Shown here piece by piece: positions 1 through 13,510 of a stretch of 64,000 nucleotides of DNA. Every line of letters begins with the position of its first letter. Within the stretch, counting starts at the first letter, position 1. The DNA is taken from the NCBI GenBank assembly GCA_016748015.1, contig JAAOMT010000134.1, positions 192,757 through 256,756 of the forward strand, written 5' to 3'. The position numbers were made by a program, and so were the translations under genes. Source of the stretch: Geosiphon pyriformis uo1. Taxonomy: Eukaryota; Fungi; Glomeromycota. The notes under the pieces were generated by a model, which was not told the DNA's origin, did no database searches, and saw nothing but the letters and a program-made list of their open reading frames with translations.

Positions 1-2199
1 CTAAAAACCCAACATCCAGACCTGAAGTAAACACTTTTACACCAGAAAACTTATTCGCAATCCAAGACTTGATACTGGAGCAAAGCTTAATCTCAGTAAC
101 TATTGAAATATCATTATTTGAAACCATATACCACCTAATAATGTTATCCTGTTTAGCAAAAACATTCATACCTCTAATGTTACAAGTAGCAATCTTCCAG
201 ACTAAACTACTTATTGGAGAAGAGAATGAATTATCACACCACTGCTAGAATCAAAAGAGTCCAACTTATTCATTATTGTTTTAATTAAATTCTCTAGAAC
301 CAACAGGCTAGCCTCCAGGCCATCTACTTTCGCAGTTAAAACTCAGGAACCACTTGGAGAAATGTCATGGGTGACAGTAGTGACCACACTAGGCACAGGA
401 AGAATGAATAACAGATTGTCAACAGTTATATCCAGCACAGGTTTATGCTCGGAAGTGGGTGAAACAACAAAAATTGCTGACAAAACTGCCAACAACCTGT
501 TCAGCTTACATGAAATGTCAGCTATCTGGTCAGACATATTCTCAAATGAATGCTCAAGGACACTAACATGCGAAGCTAGAATTGCAATCTTGGACATCAA
601 ACTGCTGGCCAGTCCTATGCCCGTATTGGTTTCAATGAATGGTATAGAAGACAAATTTTTAAGAGAGCCACTTACTACAGAAGCCCAAGTCGCACTACCA
701 AAAGAGACAAAATGAGACACGGAAGCTTGTTTTTTGGCATAGATGAGCACAAGGTGCCTTTTATCCAAATTGGAACAAAGAAATTTTTTTTTGAAATCCA
801 GTCCAAAGGTTTTCTCATCATTGCTACATCCAGAGGAAACATGACTAAAGTTGTCACATGTGGCACACTTAGGAGATGACAAATCAGCCCAGATGAAGTT
901 GATACTCTTAAACACTAGCATAAAGTGAATAGCAGTCTCTCTGGCTTCTTTAGAATCAAAACATATGACAGCACATCAGACTTATGCATAAGATACTGAA
1001 TTCCTAGAAATACAGCAAGTCTTTCCACTATATAACTGGACCAGATTCGAGAAATCATGAACAGTTGTGCCCATCAGCAGAGTGTATAGGAGAGCACAAT
1101 AGCTGTCCCTTAAATTCTACATTTGTTTGTTGGCGTTGGCTTTGGCAACCTGCACCAAGTCCTTACCCAGCAAGATTGACCATTTGGATGCAACCAGGTC
1201 AGTGTTCTAAGAACTCTCAAACTTCACAAGTGCTTTCTGCCAGAGACCAATCAGCTGCATTTTGATTGAAAAAATTTTCCCATACTTGACCAAAGCTGAC
1301 TCAATTGCCAATTTGGACAGATCAATCGGAATTTTCTTGATAATGATTTCCCAATCTGATCATATGCTGATCTTCTTTAGATCAGCATTGACAACAAGAT
1401 TCTCAGACACAGCCAACTGTTTAGCCAAAGTGAGACTGGATTCAAACATGAAAGATGCCCTAACAATGCCTGGAAATTTTGATGGAGTTGACACACCTCC
1501 AAAACTGTTAACTTTGTAGAACAGCTTTTTGACACTCTTGAGTTTGTCATGCAGAGTATTTCCAGGAATGGCTGACAAACCAATGTTGAGTGCAAAGGAT
1601 TTGGTTGGTTTGAAGCAGAATCTCTCTTTAACAGAAGTGACCGAACGAGAAGGGGATTCCAAAAGAACAGAGGAAGATAAGTCTATGTTGACGTCATCAA
1701 CAGTAGAGCCAAAGTCACAGGGCCCCAAAGATGGAACCTTTATCATACCAGAGTTGAAGTGTTTAGTCTTTGGGGTGTTAGTATGAGAGTCCAACAGCTT
1801 ATCACTTTTACTGCCAGCACTGTAGCCTAAGTTTTTGCCCAACTCGCGTCCCAGCTTTTTTTCAGAAGAGATATCTATGTTTTTGTACCAATTGGGCTTG
1901 CTTATAGGTAATTTGAAAGATAAATCAGCTTTGTCTCCCAAGTGTTTGACTTTACCAAGTGAAACCTTTGATTTTTGCCTCAGACTACTATTCACAGAAC
2001 TAGTAGTGACATCTCTGGCCAATTTCTTTGTGAACATAACATTGACAACATTAGACACTAAAAGAACAATGAAAAAATTGGTAAGTTAAAAAATTGTGAA
2101 AACCAAGCAAAAGCAAAAGATGAAAACAGATGAAAAAACAAAAACTTCTTCAAAAATGCGCTATTTCAGGAATTTGGAACATAGGAGAGAAAGAAGTTT
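1..2199 (-). mobile_element. LINE copy A, 5' part (5'UTR, disrupted ORF1, start of ORF2 APE endonuclease); runs off the window edge
   Basis: ORFs 1360-2058 and 343-921 are homologous to ORF1 of copy B (FALNIGL..GGVSTPSKFPGIVR; CATCDNFSHVSSGC knuckle). LVWKIATCNIRG lies at ~170-210. The 5' end AAAACTTCTTTCT is shared with copy B. Confidence 0.88.
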
Positions 2200-5100
2200 T
2201 TTGTCCAATTATTTTAAAACTATATAACTAAAAAAGAATTTTTACTAATATCAGATCAATAGTTTTAATTGAAACACTTTAAAAAATTTTGTTAAAGCTT
2301 CTTTTAGATAAAATTTTTTTAATATATAGTAAGTTTGATGTTTTGTGTGGTAACAATTTTTCAGTTTTAAAAGACACATTCATCCAAACTCCAATTTTTG
2401 CTATTGGCTTTATAATTAAGAATATATTAAAAAAAAACAGAAAGCTGTAATTGGTTCTTCAAGATATATACAAAGCATACAATTTTGTTGAGTAGCATTA
2501 CTTGAAAAGCAGTTTGGTTAAGATCAAAATGTGTTTTTGCTTTATTGAATTTTTTGAAAATATACACAAATTAATTAAGTAATAACAAATTTAAACTCAT
2601 GACAAGGTATATTGTTTATAATAAACTAAATCAGAATAAAGTTTTCTTGTTACTGCTGTAAAAGATTTTTTATAACTTTTTACTTTATAAGATTAAAAAA
2701 TATGACTATGCATATGATTACAGAATAGATTTTAAGTTTTTTATATAAATTGGCAAACAAAATTTTAAGAATAGCAAAACGTTATTTTTGGCAGCTAGAA
2801 CTTTATAAATAATATGATTTGGATTGGAAATAGCATAACTGTTACTTAATACATTTTAAACATAGCTAGTAAATTTTTTTATATTAATAATATTTCAATT
2901 AATACAGAAAAAACAATTGCTATTTTTATCAATTAAAGAGTAAAAATCCTTATTTAATAATAAGTAAGTTAAACATTTTAATAGTAAAAAAAGGTAAAGC
3001 TTATTAATACTTAGACATTTTTTTGTCTACTGAAAGTTTTTCTTGTTTAAGTTTTACTAAAACACACTTTAATGTAAAATTTTTTACAAATTTGGTGCTA
3101 AAAAAAACTGTTTTTAATAAACAATTTCTATACCTGGTGTTTGCTGTTTTACAACCCATAATTGGTTATAAGCTGCAATTTAGTTACATGTTAATAAGTG
3201 TGTATGAGAAATAAAACAAAATGTTAAGAAAAAAGTTAAAACTTAAAACCAATTTACCCAAGAATTTTTCTAATAAAGTTATCTCTTATCTTGAGTTATA
3301 TTATTTTAAAACATTTAATCAAATACAGACTGAAAATTCACTGGCTAATTTAGTAATCTATGCTAATTTATAAGGTGTTTTTGGCAATTTGTTTAAACAC
3401 AGAGCTATGAATCTACAAATCATTAGTTAGATGCTCTAACAACCTTTTAGTTTTCCCATTATGCTTTTAATTACTTCTATAAATTGCTTCTTGGCAGGCA
3501 TAATAAACACTCTGGCTTTATGTGGTTTGTTCTTAAATAATAACATATTTAATGTATTTTAAACCAATAAAGATATTGCTGTTGCAAATGTTTTGAGATT
3601 AGAACAATATATAAGAGTGATAAGTTTACTTAAAAAAATTGGTATTGTTTTCATAAATCAGCTTTTAGATTATTATAACACATACTTCACATAGAATACA
3701 TTTCATAAATAAAAGAGACTGAATTTTAAAAGTCTGATTTCTGGATAGTTTAATTGGCTAGCTGAATTTATTAAGAATAATAGTCTAAATGACAATTATG
3801 CTTTAATATATTATCCTATTTTCAATAGCTGGTTATATAATATTGGCTTTGTTAAAAAGTGTTTTTTAAAAAAGAGAGTTAATAAAATAATTATTTATAT
3901 AGACAGTTCAGTTAAAAATTTGGGGTCTATAAATGCTTACAATAATGTTGCCACTTATTTTTTAAATGCTAATGTGAATACAAAAGTTAGAGTTCATGGC
4001 TTACTTTTTTTAATTTTTGTGGAACTGCAGGCCATTATTCTTGTATTGGATTGTGTTTCTGCAACCAGTTTAATAGAATTGTTTACAAATAGTTAAGCAT
4101 TATTGAATTTGTGTGCTTTAGTTATAAAAAACGTCTAACCAGACTTTTACAAAAAATTTTGGATAAAAAAAGAAGATATTTATCAAATTATTAGGTTAAA
4201 AAATCTGTTAATTAACTAAAACAAGATCAAAAATTATTTTGAAATTGTTGGCAATAAGTGTACAAATTTTTTTGCCAATGCTGTCACTATGTTTAGTTCT
4301 ATATTATCTATTAGAATATCTTATTACTTTCTTGCTATAAAAAGCAAACCTATCTCTAGAAATATTTCTTACTTTGTTAAAAGTTTTTTTGAAACTGTTA
4401 ATTTTATTAGCTGAAAATCCAAATATGTAAATAGTATTGTGAACAAATCTTTTTGCAACTTTGTTAATATGTATTGGATTTTTAGTATATGATATCTTAA
4501 TGGTCAAATTCAGTTTGATTTTATCAGCTTTGCTTTTATAGTACTTTGGTTGTATTTTATAAAAGTTTTACACTGCTAACTGTTCATAGCCAAGAGAAAA
4601 AAATTGTATAATCCGAATTATCTTAGTGTATTGTGTATTCAGTATAGACTGATAGAGGACTTAAATTATATGTTTTTATGTATACATAATAATTATGCCA
4701 AAAGAAATTTAATCTTAGATACTATTAAAGAATAAATTGGCTTGTTAAGTGCTTGTATAATTAACTGTATAATAATCTATTTTTTTCATAAAGCTGAATT
4801 TTCTAATTGTTTATATATGTTATTAGCTAAAGATTTCATAATAAAAAAGTAGATGATTAATACAGTAAGTATATTAAAAGATAAATCAGATAATAGATTA
4901 TTAATTATTAATTTGATCTGGTATTTCACTGAGAATTACAAATCTAACATATAGCTATTAATAACCAAATTAAGAATATATTATAAAAAACATAATCTAT
5001 CATTACATGACAAATTTGTAATTTTAGCCATAGTTGGTTTAGTTTTTGTATAGTTTAGTAAAATAATTTATAATTTTGGTATCAAGCTGGCTATCTATAT

Positions 5101-5200
5101 TTTAATCTATATTTTTATTTAAACAATATGCAATTTGGTTTTTTGTAAAACTTTTTTGTATTGGGTAATTTAAATATATAATATCATCTTGATTTACTAA
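2200..5200 (+). mobile_element. LINE copy C, decayed RT/RNase H/3' part, interrupted at its left end by copy A
   Basis: Translates with many stops to IVLIETL, FDVLCGNNFSVLK..PIFAIG, FFTNLVLKK..KQFLYLV, IYIDSSV and ELQAIILVL, colinear with ORF2 of copy B. Confidence 0.85.
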
Positions 5201-5539
5201 GTAACTATTTATATATTTTTAAGTAATAATTAGACTGTACTTATTAAACTTAATAATAATAATAAAAATAAGTAATTAATTAAATAATAAATGATAAATT
5301 AAATAATAATATATATTAATTAATAATAAAATTAAAATTAATTTTATGTTAATTAATAATTTAATTCTTTATTAATAATATTATTTATTATGTTAAAAAA
5401 ATAAAATATTAAGTATTATTAATTATAAAAAATTAAATTTTTGTTTTTTATACAAAAAATTTGACAACAAAAATTTTTTAAATTATATAATATTATTACT
5501 ATTATAATAAAAATATTTTGTTATAATTATTATGTAGTT

Positions 5540-5883
5540 TTTTTTTAATTTTTGTTAATTTATATATAATATATTTTTTTTAAAAATTATACCAAATTTT
5601 ATTTATTGTTGTTTAAATTTTTTCTAAAACTATTTTTATAATTGTCTAAAGTAATTTTTAATCTAAAAATATAGAATGTTAATAAATTAGTAATAATATA
5701 AATTATTTAATAAATAAATTTTTTTTAATAAATTTAATTAAAAAATAATAATTTTATTTAAAAATAAATATTTTTTCTTAATATTAAAACTATTACATAT
5801 ATATATTTGTAGTTTTACAAGATAATATATTATTTTTAATATTTTTAAATAGTACTTATTATTATTATACAATGATATTTGTT
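5540..5883. repeat. AT-rich inverted-repeat (foldback-like) left arm, outer part
   Basis: The reverse complement aligns by eye, with gaps, to 13511-14005 (e.g. TAAGTAxTATTTAAAAAxATTAAAAATAATATATTAT; TAAATAAAATTATTATT). Confidence 0.55.
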
Positions 5884-6016
5884 TTTTTTTTTATTAGTGC
5901 TTAATGAGTGAGATCCAAACACTACCTAGTGCTATACATCAAAGAATTGATCTAAACTAGGCATGAATTATGCACTTTCTACACGTGACCAGTCACTTAG
6001 ACTAATCAGAACAACA

Positions 6017-9000
6017 CTACACAGCTATATGAACTGATACCGAATCACTTAAACCTAAAAAGAACAAACAAGGCTTGTGAAAACCAAAATGAACACCTAA
6101 AGCATCAGTGATGCCAAGTAATCTAACCACTCCTGCAGAAAACCTTGAAGTCAAACCATGAATTGAGATGATGGCCAAACCATCCAGTGAGATCAATCCA
6201 TTCTTTTCCATATAAGCACAATGCTTAGCATGAACTGACCAGACACCCTCTCTGAAAGCAAGACCAAGAATGTACACAAACTTGACAATCTCTAAAACCA
6301 CAATCTTGGGGTCACAAAAGATGCAAACAGCTTCACAAAACCAACTATTGAAAACAAAGCCCTTAAAAAGAGCCATAGACACAGAGGAATCAGAAACGTA
6401 GGATGACAACAATTGTAATATACCTGAGGAAGAAAGAGAGGAACCAGAAAGTGCCTTCCAGACTCCTACATAAGAATCCAGCAACTGATGTCAAGCGGAT
6501 TTGTCAATCTTGCAGGAGAACGCATGATCTGACACTTCTACCTCACCATAATATAAGTACAACACACTAGAATAATGTCTATTATAAAGGCACTTTCATA
6601 CAGCAACTGGCAGCTAATGGTGCAAAGCCTTTATAAAGTAAGTACGCACACTGGCTAAAAGTCTACTGGTGAAATCTGCAGCCATGTGCAAATCAGGATG
6701 CCATACCAATGACAAACGGAGCCAATCAACCTCAAAAAACAAACTTCCCATCAAAACCTCAGAACCAAAACCAACCTTCTAGTGTGCATGACAAACAGAA
6801 CAATAAATGTCATGAACAAAATGTCTTGAATTCCCAGAGACAATACCACTGTTAGCTGTCAAAAAATGTTCACTCAAGCGGGGGGAAAGAAAGATACCAA
6901 TTGGAGAAAGAAGCAGCACCAGCAATCATGTCAGCATGCTCATTTCTCAAAATGCCAGAATGATCTTTTACCTTGTGAAAACTGATCCCCAACTTCTTAC
7001 TGCAAATCAAGTTGACAATATAACAATATTCGACCCAACATTAATTATGAAAATTGGAACACACCAGACCCAACTCTGACCTGCAAGCATCTAAAGCTGA
7101 TTGACTATTCGAAAACAATGAACAGAGCTTGAAGAGGGAACACACTCCAGAGCCAAGGCAATAGCCTGTAACTCCACCAAAGTAGACGACATCAAACCTG
7201 ACACACTAATGCCCAAACCCAAGCTAATGTCCTCAAAAAAAACAGCAGCACCAGCTCTACAGCCAACCGTGCCAAGATTACTAAGGGACCCATCCATATA
7301 TACTGACAAACTATTAGCACCAGTTGCTAGGAGATGATCACAAACAGACACATATTCACCAAATTCAAGAATGTTCAAAGGACCACCATTACCCAAAACC
7401 ATAGACTGAGCATAAGAAGATCCCACATCATCGAGAAACAAAACAGAATGTTTGAACCACTCAGGAACAGGGCCACGAGGGTCCAATCTCTTCCATCACT
7501 TGAAGGTGTACCAATCATAAACAGCATCATGATGGTCACAAAATTGATCCACAAAGGCAATATCATACTGCCAAAGGAAAGGGAGAAACCTGGAAAACCT
7601 TGACTCATCCAGAACTGTAGACATTAGTACTCCACCATGAAACCAAAAGAAATTGACCAAAGAGCCACCCAGAGACACATTGCAACCAAGAAGAACACAA
7701 ATCATGCCTGCCAGAAAATTATTAGATGCACTAACCCAAATACAGACAGAAAAACTCAATAGGTGAACAGGACGCCAACACAAAACTTACAAGTCATAAG
7801 ATCTGTGGGAAAACAAATGACCCAAGATACCACTAGAGTTCACAAAACTGACAAGAGAAGCAATTTTGCTCTCAGATTGAACTTGAAAAAATGACTTTAA
7901 ACCATAAAATGAAGGGTGTTGAATTGCATTATTAGGGAAATCGAGCAGCAAACCAGATTTGAGCTTTAAACCCTTATGAATTAGAGCATCCCATTTGCTG
8001 CACATGCCAACAGAAATAAAACTGAACTGAGTTCTATAGCTGACTATTGGATGTAGAACTGCCAACACCAAATATAAGAACTGCTTATCCAAGACCACTT
8101 TCCTCAACACTAGATTGGTGAAAAAGTGAACATCCGAATACGCCTTAACCAAGCTAGGCTTCAGTCGAAAAAAAAATGCCCAGATATCAGTGAGATTCCC
8201 CCTTTTTGGCAATAGAAATGGGCAAACTGCTGATAGAAAGAGAAGGATTGCTAACTCTGCTATTGATAGGAATGGCTACCATTTTGTTATTATTAATAGA
8301 GATGTCATTGACATGAAAAAATTCACTAGCAACATTAAGAATATGTTGAGTAGCTGTCTGACTGCTGCCAACTTAAATTGTATTATCAACAAAAGCACCA
8401 GCAGCAAAAAAAGAAGAAAACCCGGCCTGGGATTTGGAATGACCATTCTTGGAAACAAAGTGAGAATTCAATCTATACCCACATACATTCTCCTGTCTTT
8501 TGACTTCGCACAAAAGGAGATCATAAAATATGTGCCAGAGAAGAGGAGAGAAGATCTTTCCCTGGTTCAAACCATCATGCACACTATAACCACTTGTCAA
8601 CCCAAAATCTGTCATAACTTGGTTGGTATGATCCCTATAAATACTGCCAAAAAACTGAATAAATTTGCTACACATCTTAATCCTAACCAGACTCTTCTCG
8701 AGATGCTCCCAGCTGACTGAGTCATATGCTTTTCGCATGTCTTAAAGAACCAGCCAGAGCTTCCTGTTTTTTTCCAAAGCATCTTCGACTACCAATCCAA
8801 TTGCAAAAATAGGAGACTGGATTGTTGTACCCTTCAGAACTGAAAAATTGTCCTTTCGAAGAACATCAAAAGTGCTGTATGCTAAAGAAATCCTGTTAGA
8901 GAGGATCTTGGAAAGAATCTTGCAAGCTGTCTCGATCAAGACAATAGGATGTGTATTTGTCAGAACACCTTCCCACTCATAAGGTTTGGAAATCATTGAG

Positions 9001-10697
9001 ACCCATGCTTCCTTTCAAGGGCTAGGCACCAATTCTCTGGACAAACAAGAGTTCAAAAGCACCAGCAACATATTCAGAACAGACCTATCACAGTGTTTCT
9101 AAAGCTTATTTGAAATACCCGACAAACTAGCTGTTTTACCATTTGGAAGCTTAGAAACCACTCTGAAGAACTCATCATACCCAATTGAGCACATAATCCC
9201 AGAAAAAGCCTCATTAAAAACATACTCCAATAGTTGATATTGGCAATGCCAATCAACCGAAATATTATCAACCACCCAACACTTTCTAGTCCAACTCTTC
9301 ATAATTGCATTCACCTTAGACTTAACCAGATCAGGTTCCAAAACCAACTCATCATCAACCACCAAATAATTCAACACAACCTTTTGAAATGGACGTTTCA
9401 ATACACTTCTTATCATATGACCCTTATTTATTTCAAAGCTTTCCATCTTCCTGCTTATGGCAGACCTGATGTTTGCCTCTTTAGCACTCTGAGACTCAAC
9501 AAGTTTAGATGCCCAATAAGATTTTCTAACACCCAAAAGAGCAGAACAAACATGACCAGATTCCACACCAGAGTCCACCAGATTCTAAACAATTAAAGCA
9601 TTAACACTGTCCACAGAAGCCCAACATTTCATAAGAGAAGCAAAATCCACAGCACACCCTACACAAGATGCCTTAATAATCTTCGAAACCAGAAGCTCCA
9701 ATTTGTAAAACCTTGAGGAATCTTTAGTAAAGACATCATTAAATTCCTTGAACAATTTTTTCTTGAATACCTCACCAGCTGAAAGAACTATTATCTTGCA
9801 AACAATGCTTCACATCACATCCAAATCTGAAAGCTTCGCAGAGGCAGCAAACTCATCTGAGAACATTGTAGCATTGGCCGACATAGCATCTTTAAAACTG
9901 TTCCATTTAATCTTATCAGCACTCTTGAAATCAAATTTCCATTGGTCCCTATTTGCTTGCCTGTGAAGAAAGTTTAACTGCGTATCCAAAAGCCCACCCA
10001 AACCTACAGCCATTGAAACAGCCTGGTGATCTGTGTCAAAATGCTTACTGACATCCAAAACCTCACAATTCACTATTGCATCGACCAGATTTGGAGAAAC
10101 AAACACATAATCAATTGTCTTCATGACACCCCTATAATTTGCCCAGGTGGGCAATTTTGAAGCTGGGCTTCCAGCCAAAGAATTCACCAGACCCAAGTCC
10201 AGACACTTTTTAAAACTTGCACACTTACAAGAACCGTCTTCATTGAAATCACCACCGAGAACAATAAAAAAAGATTCATTAACAGCTTTTGCAATGAGAG
10301 AGTTGACTTCACCAGCTTGAAAAAACCATACTGCTGAGGAAGCACCAGCATATAGTCCCAGAATAGACACCGAAAGTTTATTTTTGAAAAGTAACTTAAT
10401 AGACAAGAGCCAACTAGGCACTTCTGAGACCCTGTACACATGTCTCGCCAAAGAAGAATTCATGATGACCACGACACCAGCACCCAAATAGCCAGATTCC
10501 AGGCCAGAGGTAAATACCCGCACACCATTAAATTTGTTGACAATCCAGGGACGAATCTTCCCTTTTAACTTTGATTCTGTAAAAATAGAAATTAAATTGT
10601 TCCTTTCCATATGCCAATGAATAATATCATCCTGTTTTGCAGGATTGTTCATTTCTCTGACATTGCAAGTAGCAATATTCCAAACCAGATTGTTCAT
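6017..10697 (-). pseudogene. LINE B ORF2: APE endonuclease, reverse transcriptase, RNase H, C-terminal CCHC
   Basis: APE motifs IATCNVR, FTESKL, GGDFN, IDYVF and TDHQAV. RT motifs DMRKAYDSV, GLNQG..SPLLW and AFVDNT. RNase H motifs VYMDGS, ELQAI and HKVKDHSG..NEHAD. Confidence 0.9.
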
Positions 10698-12475
10698 TGA
10701 GAAGAAAAAGAATTTAAACCTGCACTAAAACTGTCCACTTTGGCCAAAAGACCCAGAACTGTTTCCATCAGACATTTCATGCTGTCTTTCAACTTGGATA
10801 CCAAAGATACATTAAAAGACATTGCTCCTGAAACAACTTCACCACTAGTGGCTGTACCTGAACTCTCACTTATCACTATATCTGCTTCTTGATTCTGTAA
10901 TAAAGGGGTCACCAACGGCTGACATTCAGGACTTGGCTGGAAAACCATTGGCCCAAGTGCATCCAACCTTTTAGCCAGCTTACCCATCTGCTCTGCGAAG
11001 CTGGCAAGACTGTGCTCAAGAGCAACAAACATATCATTGACTTCTGTCAAAACTGGCAGAAATGGCTCCATCTCTGAAGAGGAACCAGATTTTGCCGAAA
11101 CATTATGTCCAGAAAGAGGGGGAAAAGAAAACCCACTAGCAACCTTTGCCCAAGAGAGACCACCAAAAGAGACTGGATGAGCAACTGGAGCTAACCGTTT
11201 GGCATAGATGGCTGCCAATCTGCTCTTATCTGTGTTAGACAGGACTCTATGCAAAAACAAACCTGAGGAAACTTTCCCACCAACCGCACAACCCAATGAT
11301 ATATGGCCTGATTTCTCACACTTGGCACACTTAGCTGAGACAAGACGAAACCAGTATAGATTGGTGCCCCTTAACACTGGCGTGGTTTCCACGATGGCAT
11401 TCAATGACTTAGCAGAATCAAAACAGATGACAGTACACTTAGCCCTAACATATGTAACTGGATGACAATCGATGACACACGTCTTCCCATCCACTGAACC
11501 AATAAAATCCCAGATGTTATGAGCAGTCGTTCCCATTGGCAGAGTATAGAGCAGTGCCCTATGCTGGTTCCTTGCATCCCATGATTCTTTGTCCAAATCC
11601 GATCTAGCTACCCACACAGCATCCTTCCCAATTAAGATTGACCACTTTGTTGCGACCAAATCGGCATGACCTGATTGCTCAAACTCCACCACAGCTTTCT
11701 GCCACAGCCCCACCAATTACATCTTGATCGACTTAATTATTCCAAACTCAGAGAGCGCAGCACGCACAGTCTCAGCTGATGTTCCAACTGGAATTTCTTT
11801 TAACACCACAGCCCAATCTAAGCGACCAGCAGATTTCTTAAGATCAATGTTTACCATAATTTTTGTGTCCTCAGCCTTTTTAGAAGTCTGCGCCAAGCTC
11901 GATTCGGACGTGAACATCCGCTCTGATGATCCCAGCAAATTTTGAAGGGGTAGAGGTCTCCCCAAAACCATTGATACCTGAAAATAATTTCCTGACTGCA
12001 GAAAGTTTCTCTTGAAAAGATTTACCAGTTACTTTTTCCAACCCAATATTCAGAGCAAATAACTTATGTACAGGAATATTAACCAGATTTTTCAAAGAAG
12101 AAAGAAGTTCCAAATGGTCACCTGACAGAACATTACCATCATTATCATTACCCAGAAAATTAATTTTGCCCAGAGGTTTACCCAAAGCTTGCTTAGTAAT
12201 TACCTTGGTATTTGGTTAATGTCTCTCCCTTCCAAAAGATCACCTTCTCCATAATCTACACTAGTTTTCTCAATCAAAAACTTTTTTTCCATGTTTACAC
12301 TGTCGGACTTAGTGGTATTCCCAGCCTCAGACTCCCAAGAACCACCAACCACTTTATTAGACACAACCATTTTTTGAGCAGCACCATCCTTTAGAACACC
12401 ACCTTTCCTCTTTTTCCTAGAAGCAATGTCCTTACTAATAGTATCAGCACTAAAGCTCTTGGCAGACTCCTTCAT
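10694..12475 (-). pseudogene. LINE B ORF1 (RRM-like segments, CCHC knuckle, C-terminal coiled coil)
   Basis: Fragments 12200-12475, 11880-12185, 11717-11971 and 10694-11716. Contains VVLKEIPVGTS..ALSEFG, CAKCEKSGHISLGC and the heptad-like LEHSLASFAEQMGKLAKRL. Confidence 0.85.
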
Positions 12476-12618
12476 TACAGCAACACTAGGACCAACAATG
12501 GTCTCATAATCAAGCAGAAAAAGTTTGGATTTATTGTACTGAATTGTAAAAAACTTCTTTTCAAAAAACTTTTGGCTCTTTTTCAGAAATTTGGGACAAA
12601 GGAAAGAAAGAAGTTTTT

Positions 12619-13108
12619 ATATTTGTTGTTATGATAAAATAATATTTATTGTTAATAATATTTAATAATTATTATTATTATATAAATTATTATCTTTTTA
12701 AAATTATTATTATATTATATTATAATTAAATATATTATTTATAACTCTTATTAAATTTTTGAATTATAATATTATATATTTATTTATAATATTAATAATA
12801 TTGCAAAATAAATAAAATAATTAAAAACAATTGTATTTTAGTTATATATATATATAATATTTTTTAAAATAATTTTTTTTTGTAGAATTATTTAAATTTA
12901 GTTTAAATTAAACTTATATTTAATTATATATAAAAATACATAAATTATATTTAATTTTAAAACTTATAATAATTATATTATATTAATATAAGAATACTAT
13001 AATAATAATTTTAAAAAAATAATAATTTACATAATAATTATCAAATAATATTAATAATAAACACTATTTTGTAATAATAACAAATATTATATTATAATAA
13101 TAATAAGT
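12619..13108. repeat. AT-rich foldback centre (inner parts of both arms)
   Basis: 12619-12750 aligns in reverse complement with ~12960-13090. Confidence 0.45.
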
Positions 13109-13510
13109 TGATATAAAATTTGGAGATAGTTTATTAGGTTAATGTGTAAATAATAAGAGTTAGATATAGAATATTTATAAAAAAAAAGGAGTTTGATTGA
13201 TTGTAATGGTTTTGTGCTTCTTGATATTCATGGTTTTTTGTCTTTAATTTTTGTTAATATTGTTATATTGCTTAAAATTGTTGATGCTTATGGCACTAGT
13301 TTTGGTTTTTATACATTCTGCAGTTTTTTTTCTGGTATTAATAGTATAATTTCTGTTATAATAGATTCATAGTGTTGTTTTGATTGACCCAAGTGGCTGG
13401 TTACATGTGTAAAATGCATAATTTGCACTTAGTTTAAATTATTTAGCTTGATGTATTGTATTAGATAGTATTTGGGTTTTACTCATAAAATGTTAAAAAA
13501 AACAAAAAAA
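13109..13510 (+). mobile_element. 5'-truncated LINE copy D (end of ORF2, 3'UTR, poly A)
   Basis: The 3'UTR is homologous to 5890-6016 and is followed by an A tail. Probable TSD ATAATAAGT (13100-13108) / ATAGTAAGT (13511-13519). Confidence 0.8.

Larger units (their letters stand above)
5884..12618 (-). mobile_element. Full-length LINE copy B (ORF1; ORF2 APE-RT-RNase H-CCHC), inactivated by stops and frameshifts
   Basis: Poly(A) tail at ~5882-5892, ~130-nt 3'UTR, 5' end at ~12618 and TSD ATATTTGTT (5875-5883 / 12619-12627). All domains are in the expected order. Confidence 0.93.

Noticed and set aside
362-2089. Run of plus-strand ORFs antisense to LINE ORF1 (also 8190-8720, 9234-9596, 11208-11945)
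   Set aside because: Antisense shadows caused by codon bias; they are not consistently open between copies.
2200-5200. Alternative genetic code or organellar origin for the AT-rich, stop-riddled ORFs
   Set aside because: All three stop types occur at Gln, Arg and Trp positions, as expected from deamination, and the island genes use the standard code.
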